Source: Octopus sinensis
Lineage: Eukaryota
Reading direction: 5' to 3'
NCBI RefSeq assembly: GCF_006345805.1
Contig: NC_043024.1
Coordinates: 12,152,001-12,216,000 of the forward strand
DNA: 64,000 nucleotides
The notes under the pieces were generated by a model. The model worked only from the letters and a program-made list of their open reading frames with translations, had not been told where the DNA came from and did not search any database. Positions 38,345 through 52,437 of this stretch are shown here, piece after piece (positions within the stretch are counted from its first letter, which is position 1; each line of letters begins with the position of its first letter). Made by a program: the position numbers and the translations under genes.

Positions 38345-39599
38345 CTATGGGGTGAAATTGTAAGAAATAGGAATTTGTATATAAAAGTTAGGAGAGGTGA
38401 GAATATTTAATATGGTTTATATACTCCTCATGAAATAATTCTATCAATTGGATATGAATTTCAGCTGCATGAACACTCTACATTATACTCCTCTGTATTG
38501 AATTATTATGTAGACTGTTAGCCAAGTCCATAAGAGGAACTTATTGTGATAGCCACACAATTCTTTGAATCCGTATCTTCTATTAGAAATTTATACATAC
38601 ATATGTATGTATGTATGTGTATGTGTGTATATGTATGTATGTGTATGTGTGTGTGTATGTATGTATGTATGTATGTATGTATGTATGTATGTATGTTGTT
38701 TAGTTTTATTTCAAGATTTCTTGCCAAAAGAGAAAGAGCCAATTTCTAACCTAGATCCAAGGTTCCTTCATTGGAATTTCAACATCAACAGGGTATTTTT
38801 GTATGTAATATTTATGTATATGTGCAAATTTGTATGTTTTATGTATGTATTCTCATGAATATAGTTGTATATATGTATATATATATTTAAATATTCTGTT
38901 GTGTCTGGGGAGAGTCATTTTCTTTTTGTGCCTTATAATATAACACACTCACCAGCAAAATTTCAACTTTTTCTTATTTTTATTTTTCTAAAATTTTCAT
39001 TGTGTCTTGCAACTTTTTCAATAGTCTTGACTCTGTCCATTATTTACGCTGTGTTCCCTTTTGTTTGTTTGTGTGCATGTGTGTGGGTCAGTGTGTGTGT
39101 GCCTATACATGCATGCATGCATGTACATATGTATGTATGTGTGTGTTTGCATGTGTATGTATGTATATATCTGTGTGTGTATGCATATGTATGTGTGTGC
39201 ATCTGTATGTACGTATCCTGCATATTTATGTGCTTGCATGTCCGTGTTTATGTATTTTCTATGCATGTGTGTGTGAGCATGTGTTTGTATATGTATGCAC
39301 CTCTGTCTCCTAGTGTGTGCGTGTGTGTGTTATGCAACTATGTACCATGTTTGTATGTATGGATGTGCATCTTTATATGTGTGGATCTGTGTCTGTTCTT
39401 ATGGCCTATGTACCTATCCGTCTGCATATTGATCTGTTTATTTTCATATTTATATGCTTACATACAGAAAAAAAGTGGGGGACATACACACACACTCACA
39501 CACACACATACATACATTATCTATGTAACAGTCCACTAACTATTCTACTCTACCTGTGTAAACTGTGGGTATGATATTTACTATATATATTTCCTATTT

Positions 39600-40110
39600 A
39601 GTCTTGGGGAGATTTCATTTATAAGGACGTACTCCCGTATTTGTCTTTTGGGTGCTTGGATAAGATATGGATGTCAAGTTGACCCAAGTTACCTCCATGG
39701 TGATCTTTGGCATGTTGATAGAGTATAGAGGACTGTTTTCTGTCGTCGTATTGTCTTAGATGTTCATTTATTCATTTCGCAATGCTCCTAGACATCTCCC
39801 CTATGTACGTCATGTCCATGTCCTTACAAGCACCTTCTATGCATCTTATGCTGTAAACTACATTTTGAGTTCTACAGTTAATACCAGGGCTAATCCTACA
39901 TAACATGCAGTTATCATTGGTGCATGTGGTATTCTTACAGGGGTACATCCTACATAGTTGTGATCTGATGGAGTTCCCTGCCTTTTCAACAATTTTAATG
40001 TTCACAGCTTTTCTAAATCTACAGGCTAGCTTTCCATGGGCTGTGGCCTCTACAAACATCACTCCTTGATATTTGTCGGTTTTGTAACATTTATTTGCCC
40101 TCTTATATAC
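39600..40110 (-). mobile_element. Penelope-like (Neptune-type) GIY-YIG fragment
   Basis: C....C.LC......C....VVYSIRC....C....YIGE.SRS, followed after a stop by NEHL. Confidence 0.75.
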
Positions 40111-40318
40111 ATAAATAGATGTGTGTATTTTCCCTTTGTTAATAATTAACATGGTAAAAATATATAAATAGTTAGCCGGGTAACAAAAACTCACACAAGT
40201 AAAAAGGTAGTAACTCCTTGTTTTTAAAGGTAGAAACTTCAGGTTTACGTGAAGTTTTTTGTATAATATATATAAATAAATAAATGGAGTTAAACACAGG
40301 TGTTATTCAAATTCTTTT

Positions 40319-40407
40319 ACTTCCAACACATGTTTCGGAGATATCACTGGTATTATTCCAAAGGAATAAAATGGTGTAAAACAATGTAATCTTTTCTTCA
40401 GGGAAGT
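40319..40407 (-). ncRNA. Type I hammerhead motif of a PLE pLTR
   Basis: Minus strand ACTTCC-CTGAAGA-...-CGAAAC-ATGT-GTT-GGAAGT; stem I 6 bp; stem II base partly mismatched. Confidence 0.65.
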
Positions 40408-41597
40408 GAAGAAATGAAACTCGTCCGTAAGACATTTTAACAGAAAACATGTGTTGGAAGCAAAAGAATTTGAATAACACCTGTGTTTAACTCCATTTAA
40501 AATCAAAATAAGCAACAAGGATATGCATTACCGCTGGATATCCTTGTTGCTTATTTTGATTTCAATCATCTTATTTTGAAATTGTATGGATAATACCATA
40601 CTAAATTCTGGTGCCTCAACCTAAGTACCATATTCGTCTGTATCTGTCTTTGTCCCTCCACCAACGCTTGACAACTGGTGTTGCTGTGTTTACATCCCTG
40701 TAACTTAGTGGTTTGCTAAAAGAGACAATTAGATAAGTACCAGGCTTACAAAGAGTAAGTCCTGGGGTTGATTTGTTCGACTAAAGGCAGTGCTCCAGCA
40801 TAGCCACAGTCAAATGACTGAAACAAAAGAAGAAGTGAGTGTGTGTTGTGGCGAGAGTCATTGAAACCCCTTTGGGATTGGAAGAATGGACAAAGGGAGA
40901 TCAAATAGATCTTGGTCAATTAAGTAAGAAGCACTCTCATGTATACGTGTGCGTATCTTTATGTTTGTGTTTGTTCTTGCCCCCACAAATGATTTGAACC
41001 ATTGTTGGTTTGTTTTCATCCCAATAAATTTACAGTTTGATAAAAGAGTCAGACAGTAAAAGTATCAGACATAAAAACTAAGTTCTAGAGTTGATTCGTT
41101 CCACTATAACTCTTTGAAGTGGTCTCTCAGTATGGCTGTAGTCCAATGATTGAAACAAGTAAAAGATAAGTATAAAAAGATAGAGTTTACATTAAAAGTG
41201 CTATATTTTGTAAAACCTATCGGTTTAGATATGCTTAACCATTTGCCATACCTTATATATCTATGGTTAGGTCTCTAGCAGGAATATTTGCAGAGATCTT
41301 AGCATCAACTCTTTCCCTAGGAATCCAACCCAAATCACTGTGTAGAAAGGTAAAGAGGGGAACAAGATTTTGTAAAAGGCTGATGACATTGGCAAACAAC
41401 TGACCAGTCAAGTTTGTGGTAGAAATCACAGTATCTAAATATAAAGGCAACTAATATGAATGGGGTTCAACAAATGATTGACGACACGAGCAAAGAACTG
41501 ACCACTCAAATCTCAGCTTATATTTATCTTACAGATAAAAAAGTCCAATGCTTATTATATAGAAATAAACATTTTAATATAAGAAATCAATATTTAC

Positions 41598-41702
41598 CTT
41601 TGTTATTGGGATCAAAAGGTTTAGCTTGAGAGTAATTATAGCTCGGTTAAGAAGAATAAGGAATACAACAAGAGCAGCATTTTCAAAGTCAGTCAACTGA
41701 TC
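41598..41702 (-). CDS. GCLC: GCLC-like gene A, exon 12 (DQLTDFENAALVVFLILLNRAIITLKLNLLIPITK)
   Basis: QLTDFEN.A.VVF..LL.R motif; 105 nt, phase 0-0. Confidence 0.95.
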
Positions 41703-41759
41703 CTGGAAATACATTAAAAAAATAGTGTCAAAATTTATTTAGTGTTCAGGCTAACCATG

Positions 41760-42600
41760 ACAGTTTGCATAAAAGGAAAAGAAGCCACAATATCTCATTC
41801 AAAAATAAAAGCATTTTCAGAAATAAGAAAATTTCAACCAGATTATGGCTGGGAGATAACAATTTACTCAAGGCAGTTGACCTCAGTTTCCAACATGGCC
41901 TCAAAATGGCTCTGGAACGTGGCACATGCATTCTTTGGCCATCTTCCTCATGTTAGCTTCCAGTTCAGCCTTGTCTTACAAGCAGAATGGTTAGTGTCTT
42001 CTTCAATCATGCCCTACGCATGGGATTACAATTGGGGGAAATAAGGGGCCAAAAATTGGAGCTGGTGAAGTTTAAGAAATTCTCCAACAACCACTTCTGA
42101 CTCTGGAATCGAATCCTGCAGACACACATATGGGCTTCTAGTAATAACCATCTTCAGCCAAGGTTTGACCAGTCTCCAGCAGCTTTACATAGCCATCTGA
42201 ATTCAACTTAAGGCACTGTTTATCGTTATTGGAGGAATTTCAATGTACAGTTAGTTGCTCCAGCTTGACCATAGTCCAATGACTGATACCATTGAAAGTG
42301 TACACCAAATTCTGCCTCAAAAATATCGGACAACCACAAACTATTGGAAGACAATTTCTCCATCTATCTTTAAGGAGGATTGAACTCAAAGCCATATGGT
42401 TGAAGAGCAAACTCACCATCCACATGATTATTCCTAAACTATGTCCGTCCATTGGAGTGACAAGGACTGTGTAGCCATCCTTATGGATGATCAATGACTT
42501 GTGTAGTGATTTTGTTGAAAGAGAAGAATTGTGCATCGTCAGCCTCATTTTATCGTCTATGACCATCTTCAACTTCAATCCTGTAGCAAGACCAGCTCAA
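41760..42600 (-). mobile_element. Degenerate Tc1/mariner-superfamily transposase remnant
   Basis: Broken frames give CNP....AWGMIEEDTNHSACKTR and AELEANMRK, resembling the post-SPDLNP region. Confidence 0.45.
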
Positions 42601-42962
42601 GACGACCGGGGATGAAGAGATGCAGTGGAGGCCCAAGATGTATTATTAGCCCAATTTTGTTGAAACTGTGAGGGGTGGGTGCTGAAAGTTCTTGGTTTTA
42701 AGGGTATTGCAAAATGCTTTGTTGGAGGCCCAAACTTGCAAGTTCTTTTACAGGGCTTAGAAAAACTAAAGGACCACTGAAATTAGTGTTTGAATCTGAG
42801 AGGGGAATATGATGATTAAAATCATAATTAATTGATCCTCATGTATCTTCTTTTACCCAAAGTCAGGAACTTTTCGGCAACATTTCTTATAAAGGAACTG
42901 AATATCTATGTGATGAAACAAAGAAATATCTAATACAAAAGCAGTTTCTAATAAAATGTTAC

Positions 42963-43049
42963 CTCCATTGTTCTGAATTCCACTTTCCATCCAGATTTCT
43001 CATCAGGGAGCTTCAATTTTAAGCTGTGTCCATTACTATTAAAGATAGC
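42963..43049 (-). CDS. GCLC: GCLC-like gene A, exon 11 (AIFNSNGHSLKLKLPDEKSGWKVEFRTME)
   Basis: GW.VEFR.ME catalytic motif; ccttttag acceptor; 87 nt, phase 0-0. Confidence 0.93.
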
Positions 43050-43389
43050 CTAAAAGGAAATGTATAACGACCCTGGTCATGAATGACAATTTAATAAAAT
43101 AAAGTAAATTTACTGAAACAACAATATTCTAAGCAACACATCCCAAACTGAGGAGACCTTTGAAGACTGTAATATACATTTGTTATCTAATGTCACTAGC
43201 TTTAATGTTTATATTTAGCCACAGGCGTGGCTGTGTGTTAAGAAGTTTGCATCCCAAACACATTGTTCCAGGTTTAGACCCACTGAATGGCACCTTGAGC
43301 AAGTGTCTTCTGCTATAGCCTTGGGCCAATCAAAGCCTTGTGAGTGGATATTGTAGATGGAAACTGAAAGTAGCCCATTGTATGTATGC

Positions 43390-43440
<51 letters not shown>

Positions 43441-43572
43441 CGCAGGAGTGGCTGTGTGGTAAGTAGCTTGCTTACCAACCACATGGTTCTGTGTTCAGTC
43501 CCACTGCATGGCACCCTGGGTAAGTGTCTTCTACTATAGCCTTGGGCAGACCAAAGCCTTGTGAGTGGAATC

Positions 43573-43619
<47 letters not shown>

Positions 43620-44489
43620 TGTGTGTTGGTGTTTATCCCCCCCCCCCGTCACTTGACAATCGATGTTGCTGTGTTTACATCCCCGTAACTAAGTGGTTCG
43701 GCAAAAGTGACCAACAGAATAAGTACTAGGCTTACAAAGAATAAGTCCTGGGTTTGATTTGTTGGACTAAAGGTGGTGCTCCAGCATGGCTGCAGTCAAA
43801 TTACAAACAAATAAAAGAATATATATATATAATATATATAATATATATATGTACGTATACACATATATGTATATAAATGGATGTGTGTGTCTGTCTTCCT
43901 CCACCACTGCTTGACAACCAGTGTTGGTGTATTTACATCCCCGTAACTTAGCATTACTTGACAATAGAGCCCAAAATTATAAGTACCAGGCTTTAAAAGA
44001 AATAATAAATACTAGAGTTGATTTGTTCTACTAAAAATTGTTCAAGGTGATACCCCAGCATGGTCGGAGTCAAATGACTGAAACAAGTAAAAGATATATT
44101 GTTTTGCATTGTAATAATGCGTTTCCTCTTAATCTAACACACCTTCTTTCTACTGTTTCCCAGCCTATTCTTACTCACTGTACACTAAAAAGCTTATAAA
44201 GTGGAATATATTGTAATCTGTCTTTATTTCTTATTTAATGTAACCTCATTTCATTTCTGTAACAGAGGATGTAACAAAATTACTTCTTAGGCAATGAAAA
44301 ATTCAAAAGTTCTTCATTGTTCACTATTTTTTGCTTAGTCTTTCAAATATCAGGAAATAAGATTTTTTTCCTCTTTTCTAATATTGTATCAAAATAGTGT
44401 GACGATTAACCCTTTAATCTTATCTCTATTAATAAGTATTCATGTTTGAAAAAATACACTCTTATGATAAGATTTACCCCTAACATAGA

Positions 44490-45660
44490 CTAGTTATTAG
44501 TGACTTTAGACTCAAAGCCAGAAAGATGCCAAAAAGCAGACCAATCTGGAAAAGAAGGACTTGGAAGCTGAAGAACCCTTCACGTGGTCAAAGATTTAGG
44601 GATATTCTTTCTGAAAATTTTGATGAGTGGGAGGAGGGGGGAGCTACAGTCCTGTGACATAGAAGGCAGCTGGGAATTCCTGTGAGACAGCTTGCTGAGC
44701 ACCACAGACCAAATCTGTGGCTGGTTCAAAGTCCCTTCCAGGCCTGGGATAACATTGTGGTGGGACAATACTGTAGACAGAGCCATTAGAGCAAAGAAAC
44801 AGGCCTGGAAGAGCTGGGGTAGCAAAGGTAGCAAGGGACTGTAGCAGGTATCCAGAAGGGAAGCTAGGAGACAGCTATATATATATAGCTAAGGGAGTAG
44901 CAGAAAACAAGAAGTTTGCTGAGTAGCAGAAAACAAGAAGTTTGCCAATGTTCAGTGATATAAGGACCAAAGAACTGAAGTATGTGTGAGAGAAAACCAT
45001 GATGTCATATGAGAGAAAAGTGTCCACATGGATGATGGTGCCCTTGCATTTAATGATTCTGCAAAGAAAGATGCTTGGAGATGCCATTATGAAAGACTGC
45101 TGAATGTGTAGAATGAATTGGAGGAGGAGAGTCTGCCAAAGGTTGACCCAATTGAGGGACCAGCTACCCGAATTGACAGTATCCTGGTGGATAAAGCAAT
45201 TAAGGATATTAAGACAGGGAAAGCACCTGGTCTATCAGAAATCATTGCTGAGATGCTTAAAATATCAGGTGGTATGGGTTATAGTCATGTCACCCACATC
45301 GTAAATCAGGTAGTTCATGAAGGAGTTGTACCCAATAACTGCTGTAACAGCACCATAGTCAACTGCTGCAAAGGTAAAGGTGATGATTTAAATAGAAATG
45401 ACTATAGGGGTATTAATTATTGGATCAGGTGATAAAAGTTACAGAGAGAGTCATAGCCCAACTAGTTACGGAGAGTGTTAGCCTAGATGAGATGCAGTTT
45501 GGTTTTGTGCCAGGCAGAAGCACCACTGATGCTATATTCCTGGCAGGAGAAATATCTAGCCAAAAATAAACCTCTGTATTTGGCTTTTGTTGACTTGGAG
45601 AAAGCCTGCTCAATATGTAGAACAGGTGTCAGTAGAAACTCCATATGATGTACCTGTTGT
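44490..45660 (+). mobile_element. Degenerate RTE fragment with internal deletion
   Basis: EEESLPKVDPIEGP...KTGKAPG...HIVNQVVHEGVVP; collinear with 45-1130. Confidence 0.85.
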
Positions 45661-46804
45661 ACATTGAAGCAATGAAAATAGTTTCAAATTTTGGCACAAG
45701 GTCAGAAATTTTAGGAGTGGGTGTAAGTCAATTACACTGACCTCAATGTACAACTGGTGCTTATTTCATAGACACTGAAAGAACAAAAGGCAAAGTTAAC
45801 GTTGATGATATTTTAACTCAGAACTGAGAGAGAGTCAGAACAAATGTCACTAAATATATTGTCTGACATTCTAACAATTCTACAATTTCTTTTTACCATA
45901 TATACTCATGGATAGATTGCACTAGTGATAGGTTATGCCCTTAGTTTGGGTTGCTGAAGTAGGTATTTGTGGTGAACTCACAGATAGGTCACACTATAAT
46001 CTGGGAGTAACATGACCCTTTTTAATGTAAATATAACAAATATTTGTTAAATATTATCAAATATTCACCATATTTCAAAACTTTGCTTACTAATATTAAA
46101 ACATTTTTGCAGAAGTGACTTCATGAAAATAATTTAATTGATAAATCAACTCAACAAAAATATCAATAAGTATCAGCTTGACAAGAAATGCATCTAAAAT
46201 TACAAACAGAAAAAATGTTACATAAGAAAAGTGTTTATTCATTAGAAATAGTAACTAAAATTCCTCAGGATTGAAACTCAAACACTCTTCTGGAAAGCTG
46301 ATAAACCAATGTCTACTTCAGATCCTTGTGGTGCCTAGTGGATAGGTCACACCCCTGATTTTTATTGACATTTTTGGTAAAATATGTGCTTCCTGTCCGT
46401 GAGTATATATAGTAATTATGGCATATTTTTTTTTATTTCTTTATTGCCCATAGGGGGCTATACAAGGATTAAGTCGATTATATCGGCCCCAATGCATAAC
46501 TGGTACTTATTTAATTGACTCCGAAAGGATGAAAGGCAAAGACAGCCTCAGCAGAATTTGAACTCAGGACATAATTGCAGATGAAATATTGCGAAGCATT
46601 TCGCCCAGCGTGCTAACAATTCTGGCAGCTCACCACCCTTACGGGCATATTGGTAAGAAATGAAAGTAGGTGCTAAGCTGGCCGTGTCATTAAAGCAGAT
46701 AAACAAAATCACTTGCGTTTTTTGTTGTGGTTCTCTAAGATTAAATCTTACCAAGGTCAACTGTTCCTTTTTATGAATTTTGATTTGATAGATAAAAAAC
46801 CAGT

Positions 46805-47040
46805 TCGATATTAGGGAATGTTCTAAGGCTGCGAGCAGGCAGAATTGTTAGCATGCTGGGCAAAATGCTTACTGGCATTTCATCTGTCTTCACATTTTAA
46901 ATTCAAATTCTACCGAGGTTGACTTTGCCTTTCATCCTTTTGGGATCAATTAAATAAGTACCAGTTGAACACTGGGGTTGATGTAATCGAATATCCTCCT
47001 ACCTAAAATTGTTGGCTTTGTGCCAAAGTTTGAAACCAAT
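46805..47040 (+). mobile_element. Second tRNA-derived SINE family; related copies at ~46440-46650 (minus), 53735-53895, 55605-55805, 63720-63940
   Basis: gcagaattgttagcatgctgggcaaaatgctta..aaattctaccgaggttgactttgcctttcatcctttt..aagtaccagtt. Confidence 0.7.
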
Positions 47041-47293
47041 ATTAGGGAAGATTCTTCTCTGTTAGCAAAACTGTCTGTGTGTCAGGAAGAAATCCATTGT
47101 ATTTACAGCTAGAAAGGGTGGGTTCTGCCAAATCTAAAATTCTGTAAACACATTGTATATTATGACTTGTTCTCCTATGTCTCCAGCCCATTTCAAGAAG
47201 CCAAGGAAGGAATTAGTGCATTATTATGTTAATTTTTTTTATAAATCTCACCAATTTATTTTTAAATAACAATATTGAACCAAAATATTTTAC

Positions 47294-47406
47294 CTGAATA
47301 TGACCAGAATCTTTGAAAATGTCTTGATCAATTTTCTCTTTGCGTAAAATGAGTGGGTCTTTAAGAAGGAGGTGTGCGACATATTTGGCGATTATTTCAT
47401 CAATAC
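47294..47406 (-). CDS. GCLC: GCLC-like gene A, exon 10 (GIDEIIAKYVAHLLLKDPLILRKEKIDQDIFKDSGHIQ)
   Basis: GID...A..VAHL...DP motif; 113 nt, phase 1-0. Confidence 0.93.
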
Positions 47407-47592
47407 CTGATTAATCAACAAATATTTGAATAAATTTCAGCAATTTAAATTTATTAAATTGTAACATTGTTGCATACTTACAACAGAGAATTTGTATATA
47501 AACATAAATATATATGTGTGTGTGTGTATGTATATATGTATATATGTATATCAGTGGTGTGCAGTGACTTTTGAGGTTAATCAAACAATAAA

Positions 47593-48812
47593 TATGAGGA
47601 GTGGCTGTAAAGTTTATGGGCTGACCAAAATACTCTCAGAGAATGTAACCAAATGAGGTTTATTTTTCAATGTAGTCCCCACTTACAATTATTCCATTGG
47701 TGTTGCAATGCTTGGATCCTATTGGTGCAGATACTTTCATCCCATGGTCAAAAAAGTCATCAACAGCAGATATGACCTCATTATCACTATGATACTGGTT
47801 CCCAACCAAGTGTTTTTCATGTTGAACAGATGATAGTCAGATGGGACCAAAATAGGAGAATAGGAAGGGTGATCAGCCAATCCAGAGCTATAGTCATGCA
47901 CAGCAGCCATTGAAACCAAGGATGTGTGTGCTAGAGCATTGCTCTGATGAAAGAAGAACCATTTCATTAGTTTTTCTGGGTGTTTGTTAACTGCCTCGGC
48001 AAGTTGGTGTAGTACGCTTCATTGATGATGTGGCCCTTATGAAAATAGTTGAGAAACACAAAGTGTTTTGATATCAAATAACTGAGACCATCAAATGCAG
48101 ATGAAATGACCTTGGTTTTATTTCAAGCAGGTGAGGAAGAATGTTTTCACTGCATAGATTGTCTCTATGTCTTAGATGAATCTTACACCTCATCATGGGT
48201 TACAAAACATTCAAGGAGACTAGGTGGATCAGCATCAAACAATGTCAGATTTTCCCACCATGTGATTAGCACTTTTGATCAGGTGTCAGATGTGGCACCC
48301 ATTGAGCATAAACCTTCATTGTGCCAAGTTGTTCAAATTATTCTCAACTCTCTGAAGGGATATGCTAATAACATGGGCTATTTGATTTATATCCAATTGC
48401 CTGTTATCCATCAACATGTAGGGAACACGATCAATGCTTTCCTCAATGGTGGCAGTTGTAGGATGTCCAGACATTCGGTCATCTTCGAGACTCTCCCTTC
48501 CCCTCCTAAATTCGGCTGCCCACTTTTGCATTGTTGATAAAGCTGGAACATCATCCTGTAATGTAGCAATTATGTCAGCATGTCCATGTGGCCGAAAGCC
48601 TTTTTCTGAAGGTACGTGATAATAGCACGATGCACATTTTATCTATTTTTGAGAAAAATTGTTACTAGTTTCGTTTGAAGTCTTCTTTGAACAGTCAGAT
48701 GTCAGTTTACCTGAAAGGAAACAAATTAAGTAATTAATATGCAGGGTTGAAACAAGACATCTAGCAATACTCTTTCAAATTCAGCCTTTGAACTTTTCAG
48801 CCCACCCTTGTC
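47593..48812 (-). mobile_element. Near full-length degenerate mariner with both TIRs
   Basis: QKWAAEFRRGRESLEDD..SG.P and HPSYSPILVPSDYHLF; ends tatgaggagtggctgtaaagtt / aacttttcagcccaccc. Confidence 0.85.
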
Positions 48813-49399
48813 CTTAGTTGTTGAGCTGATTCATTTTTTAAATTGTTTAATTAAGAGAACCAAAATAGTTTTGTATTATGGTCATGAGGTTCATTGTTTG
48901 AATGCATTGGCATTAATAGTTGTGCTATTCCATCACTTGTTGAGGTTATTTCTATAGATTTTCAAAAGAAATTATAGCCAACACTGATTTTGTTAGAACG
49001 TTTTGTATTGGAGATGCCTGATGTAAACAAGAATGAGGTCAAAGGTAAAAAATTGCTAATGGGCATATATAATATATTTTAAAAGTTTTGGATCCCTCAT
49101 CAGCACCTGACCAATCCATTAATCATCCACAATCACATTGCTTAAACAGCCACTAAATATAGCAGTGTAATGTTATTGGATTGACCAATTTTACATGGAT
49201 GATCAATGGGTTGGATGGGTGCAGATGAAAGAAGAAAAACTCCTGAAATATGCTCATTACCCAATTTTCATCTTTGATCTCAATGTTGTTCATGAGAAAC
49301 TTTGTAACAAAAATCGGTACTGGTTACAATCTGTAGAGATAATCTTAACAAGTAAAATCAAACAATATTTTTATATGATTTTTTAAAATTTCTAAATAC

Positions 49400-49538
49400 C
49401 TTCAGCCTTCAGTAATTCATACTGCCTATGGTCATAACGGTAATCATAGTCATTATAGAATTGGTTGTCCACAGAAATGTATCTTCCTATTGAATCAAAA
49501 CCAGTTTTGTCCACCAAAACTTTGCCTTCTGTCAAAGG
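49400..49538 (-). CDS. GCLC: GCLC-like gene A, exon 9 (PLTEGKVLVDKTGFDSIGRYISVDNQFYNDYDYRYDHRQYELLKAE)
   Basis: Aligns to PL......KSRYDSI..Y.S....YND; strong polypyrimidine acceptor; 139 nt, phase 0-1. Confidence 0.92.
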
Positions 49539-49917
49539 CTAAAAGGAAGAGAAGGCAGTATAAAAAAAAGCAGTTCATTTTATGAACTGTATTCTTTTAT
49601 AAAACTGATTTAATACCAACCCACCTGAGTCCACCTATAATAAAGGGTTTTCAATTAGAAAACAATTAAAACTTTCATCATATGAATGTGAAGGACAATG
49701 ACAAAGATAATGATGAAGGGACTGATGACGACCAAGATTATAATGACAGCGATGATGATGGTGACGACGACGACAGTGATGATGTTTATCTCCAACTCAA
49801 CCCTCAAAAGTAAGGGTTATGTTCAAAGACAAAAGATGGTCCATTTGTGACCATTTTTTTACAGTTATCTAGGATTACATTATAGAACGTATACCTTCCT
49901 TATTTATATTTGACACA

Positions 49918-50187
49918 TATTTGGTATTTGTCCTCATCTTGTTTGTTGTTAACACAACATTTCGGCTGATATACCTTCCAGCCTTCATCAGGTGTCTTGG
50001 GGAAATTTCAAACTTGGGTCCTCATTCGTAAAGTATTTTTCGATGGTGTTGTTGTTGTTGTTGTTGTTGTTGCTGCTGCTGCTGTTATTGTTATTATTAT
50101 TATAACTCAGGTCACTGCCTGGAATCGAACTCAGAATCTTGGGGTTAGTAGCCTGCGCTCTTAACCACTACGCCATATGCCTGTGGG
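49918..50187 (-). mobile_element. tRNA-headed SINE-like element ending in a hammerhead motif (second copy)
   Basis: Head TGGCGTAGTGGTTAAGAGCGC..GAGTTCGATTCC (50110-50187); GACAC-CTGATGA-AGGCTG..CAGCC-GAAA-TGTT-GTGTT at 49950-49996. Confidence 0.78.
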
Positions 50188-50610
50188 CAATTATGTAGTG
50201 AACTGTCAGGGCTTATAAATCTAATAATTTCCTATCCTTCCTTAATACCAGTTCCCATTTACTATTCATATCTGCACTCGGTCTGCTTAGGAGGTTGTTG
50301 TGTCCTAGCATATGTGCTGTATACCTTCCTTCTATTGAACAATAGGTTTTGCTTTGAGGGAAATTTGCCTGTTATTTCTAGCATGCCAAGTTTCACAGGA
50401 AACAACATGTGTAGGGTGATACAATATCTTGTTTTTGTCTTTACTGGCATCACCTGACATATTTTTACCTAGCTTTTCATCTCCATTGTTTAAATGTTTT
50501 AAAATATTGTTAACTTTCAGAATGATTTTTACTTTGAAATTAGGGAAGAATTTTTAAGCATTTCCTTCAGAAATTCTTTTACAGGGTGAGATAAATATAT
50601 TAGAACTCAC

Positions 50611-50727
50611 TTCTATTCCCCGTTCTTGTCTGGTACGATCATCACAAGACCAAGACATGGGTCTCCAAGCGGAATCAAATTCAGATAAAAGTCCTCGATA
50701 AATCGGTGATCCAGCTGTCAGTGCTGT
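50611..50727 (-). CDS. GCLC: GCLC-like gene A, exon 8 (TALTAGSPIYRGLLSEFDSAWRPMSWSCDDRTRQERGIE)
   Basis: ALTA.SP.YRG and DDRT..ERG motifs; 117 nt, phase 0-0. Confidence 0.95.
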
Positions 50728-51376
50728 CTGCAAAAAAAAAAGGTTAGCATTATATGCAATAAGACAAAGCTCCCTACTTGATCCCTACCTTTTACACACA
50801 AAGATCTAGATTAAATCAACTATGCATTTAATTTTTTTTACTTGTTTCAGTCATTGGACTGCAGCCATGCTTCAGGACTGCCTTGAAGGTCTTTTAATCG
50901 ACCCCAGTACATATTTTTTTTAATCCGGTATATAACATTCCTCGATAAGTGATGGGAAGATAAGCAAACCAACACTGGTTGTCAAGTGGTGATGAGGATA
51001 AACATAAAAGCAAAGATACCCTCGTAGATATATATACATACATAGATACATACACATACATGTGTGTATTGATAGTATAGCTTATAGTGACAGTATAGTC
51101 TACATGGATAGCTTAATACATGCTAACTATGTAGAATAATGTTTGCTTAGTTTATATTGACAATGTGTGAATGTCTGTGGCTTAGTGGTGAGGCTATTTG
51201 GCTGACAATTGTAATGTTGTCAGTTCAATTCCCAGCAGCATGTTGTGTCCTTGAACAAGATGCTTTCTAAAAACAAAATTGAGATATGAAGAGAACATTC
51301 CACTCGTATTAATTGACTGCTTACCTACTTTTGCCCACCTCTCTATCTTAACACGAATAAATGAAGCAATGCTTAC

Positions 51377-51594
51377 CATAATCGGAGTAAGAGGCACAAA
51401 ATTGTCAAAGAGATAAGCAGCTTCTTTCAGACCAGCAGCTTGAAATGTAACTTGTATAACACAGCAACTGACTCCGAATGATTTAGTATCCATGTAAATG
51501 TGGCCTGGTTTCAATGCTTTCATCATCTCTTCATTGTCTTCATACTCAGACAAATCCTCTCCGTATGGCATCATCGTATTTTTGTCTATATAAA
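51377..51594 (-). CDS. GCLC: GCLC-like gene A, exon 7 (YIDKNT...KPGHIYMDTKSFGVSCCVIQVTFQA...PLTPIM)
   Basis: KP.HIYMD and QVTFQA motifs; 218 nt, phase 1-0. Confidence 0.95.
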
Positions 51595-52437
51595 CTGAAA
51601 CAAGAATTTTATAATCATGCAAACTTGGCTCAAATTCGGTTATTAATCAGTAAAAGGCAGAGTCAAATTGATTGATAATCAGTCAAAAACCAAATGCAAT
51701 TAAACAGTACTGGATGAAGAACTCTCGTGTATTTTGACAACACTTACAAAGAAAGGATAATGCACAGGAAATTACAAGTTTCTACATAAGTTAGCTTCCC
51801 TTCTTTGTGTATCCTTTACCTCATTCGATACTACAAAACAACATTTAAAACCTTGTAGTATCTTGTATATTATCATGTAATCTTATCCACCATGGAAATG
51901 GATTACCAGCATTTTCATGTGGGATGATCGAAAATGTGAGTTGGGGGGGGGGCATACAATCAAGACTAGACTGTGTAAGGGATGAAATATATCAAGGTTG
52001 ATGACCCAAATAAGTCTCTTCATTAGTTCAACATAAGTTAGGCTCTTCTTAAAACAGTCACTGACAGGGTTATGACGTCAGAAGCCAATAAGTATTTCCA
52101 ACTAACAAAAAAATTCCAATTTATATCACAAAATATTTGAATGACGTCCTAATCACGTTGACATATCTCTACAACTGCTTTTATATTAGGAAGCTCAACA
52201 GAGCACACTCAGCCAAATCATGTAAGCATTGATAATCTACAAATAAACTATATATATATATACATATATACAATACATATAATGGAGAAATTGTACAAAA
52301 TGTATAAATGGATGATGAGTAAAGCACTGGCACAGTTTTGATTCCCTGTTGTTATCCGTAGATTTACTGCAGGAACTTCGAAGTGGCAGTTGGGGTAACA
52401 GTATTAATAAAATAAGAGCTGGAATAGACTTTATTGG

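Noticed and set aside
41250-41434. Exon-like ORF DTVISTT... with good splice signals, resembling GCLC DSVI
   Set aside because: Ends in a stop, lies in intron 12, and the true terminal exon is at 27941-28107
50110-50187. tRNA gene
   Set aside because: Acceptor stem does not close and it runs into a repeat body shared with 14981-15226; it is a SINE head
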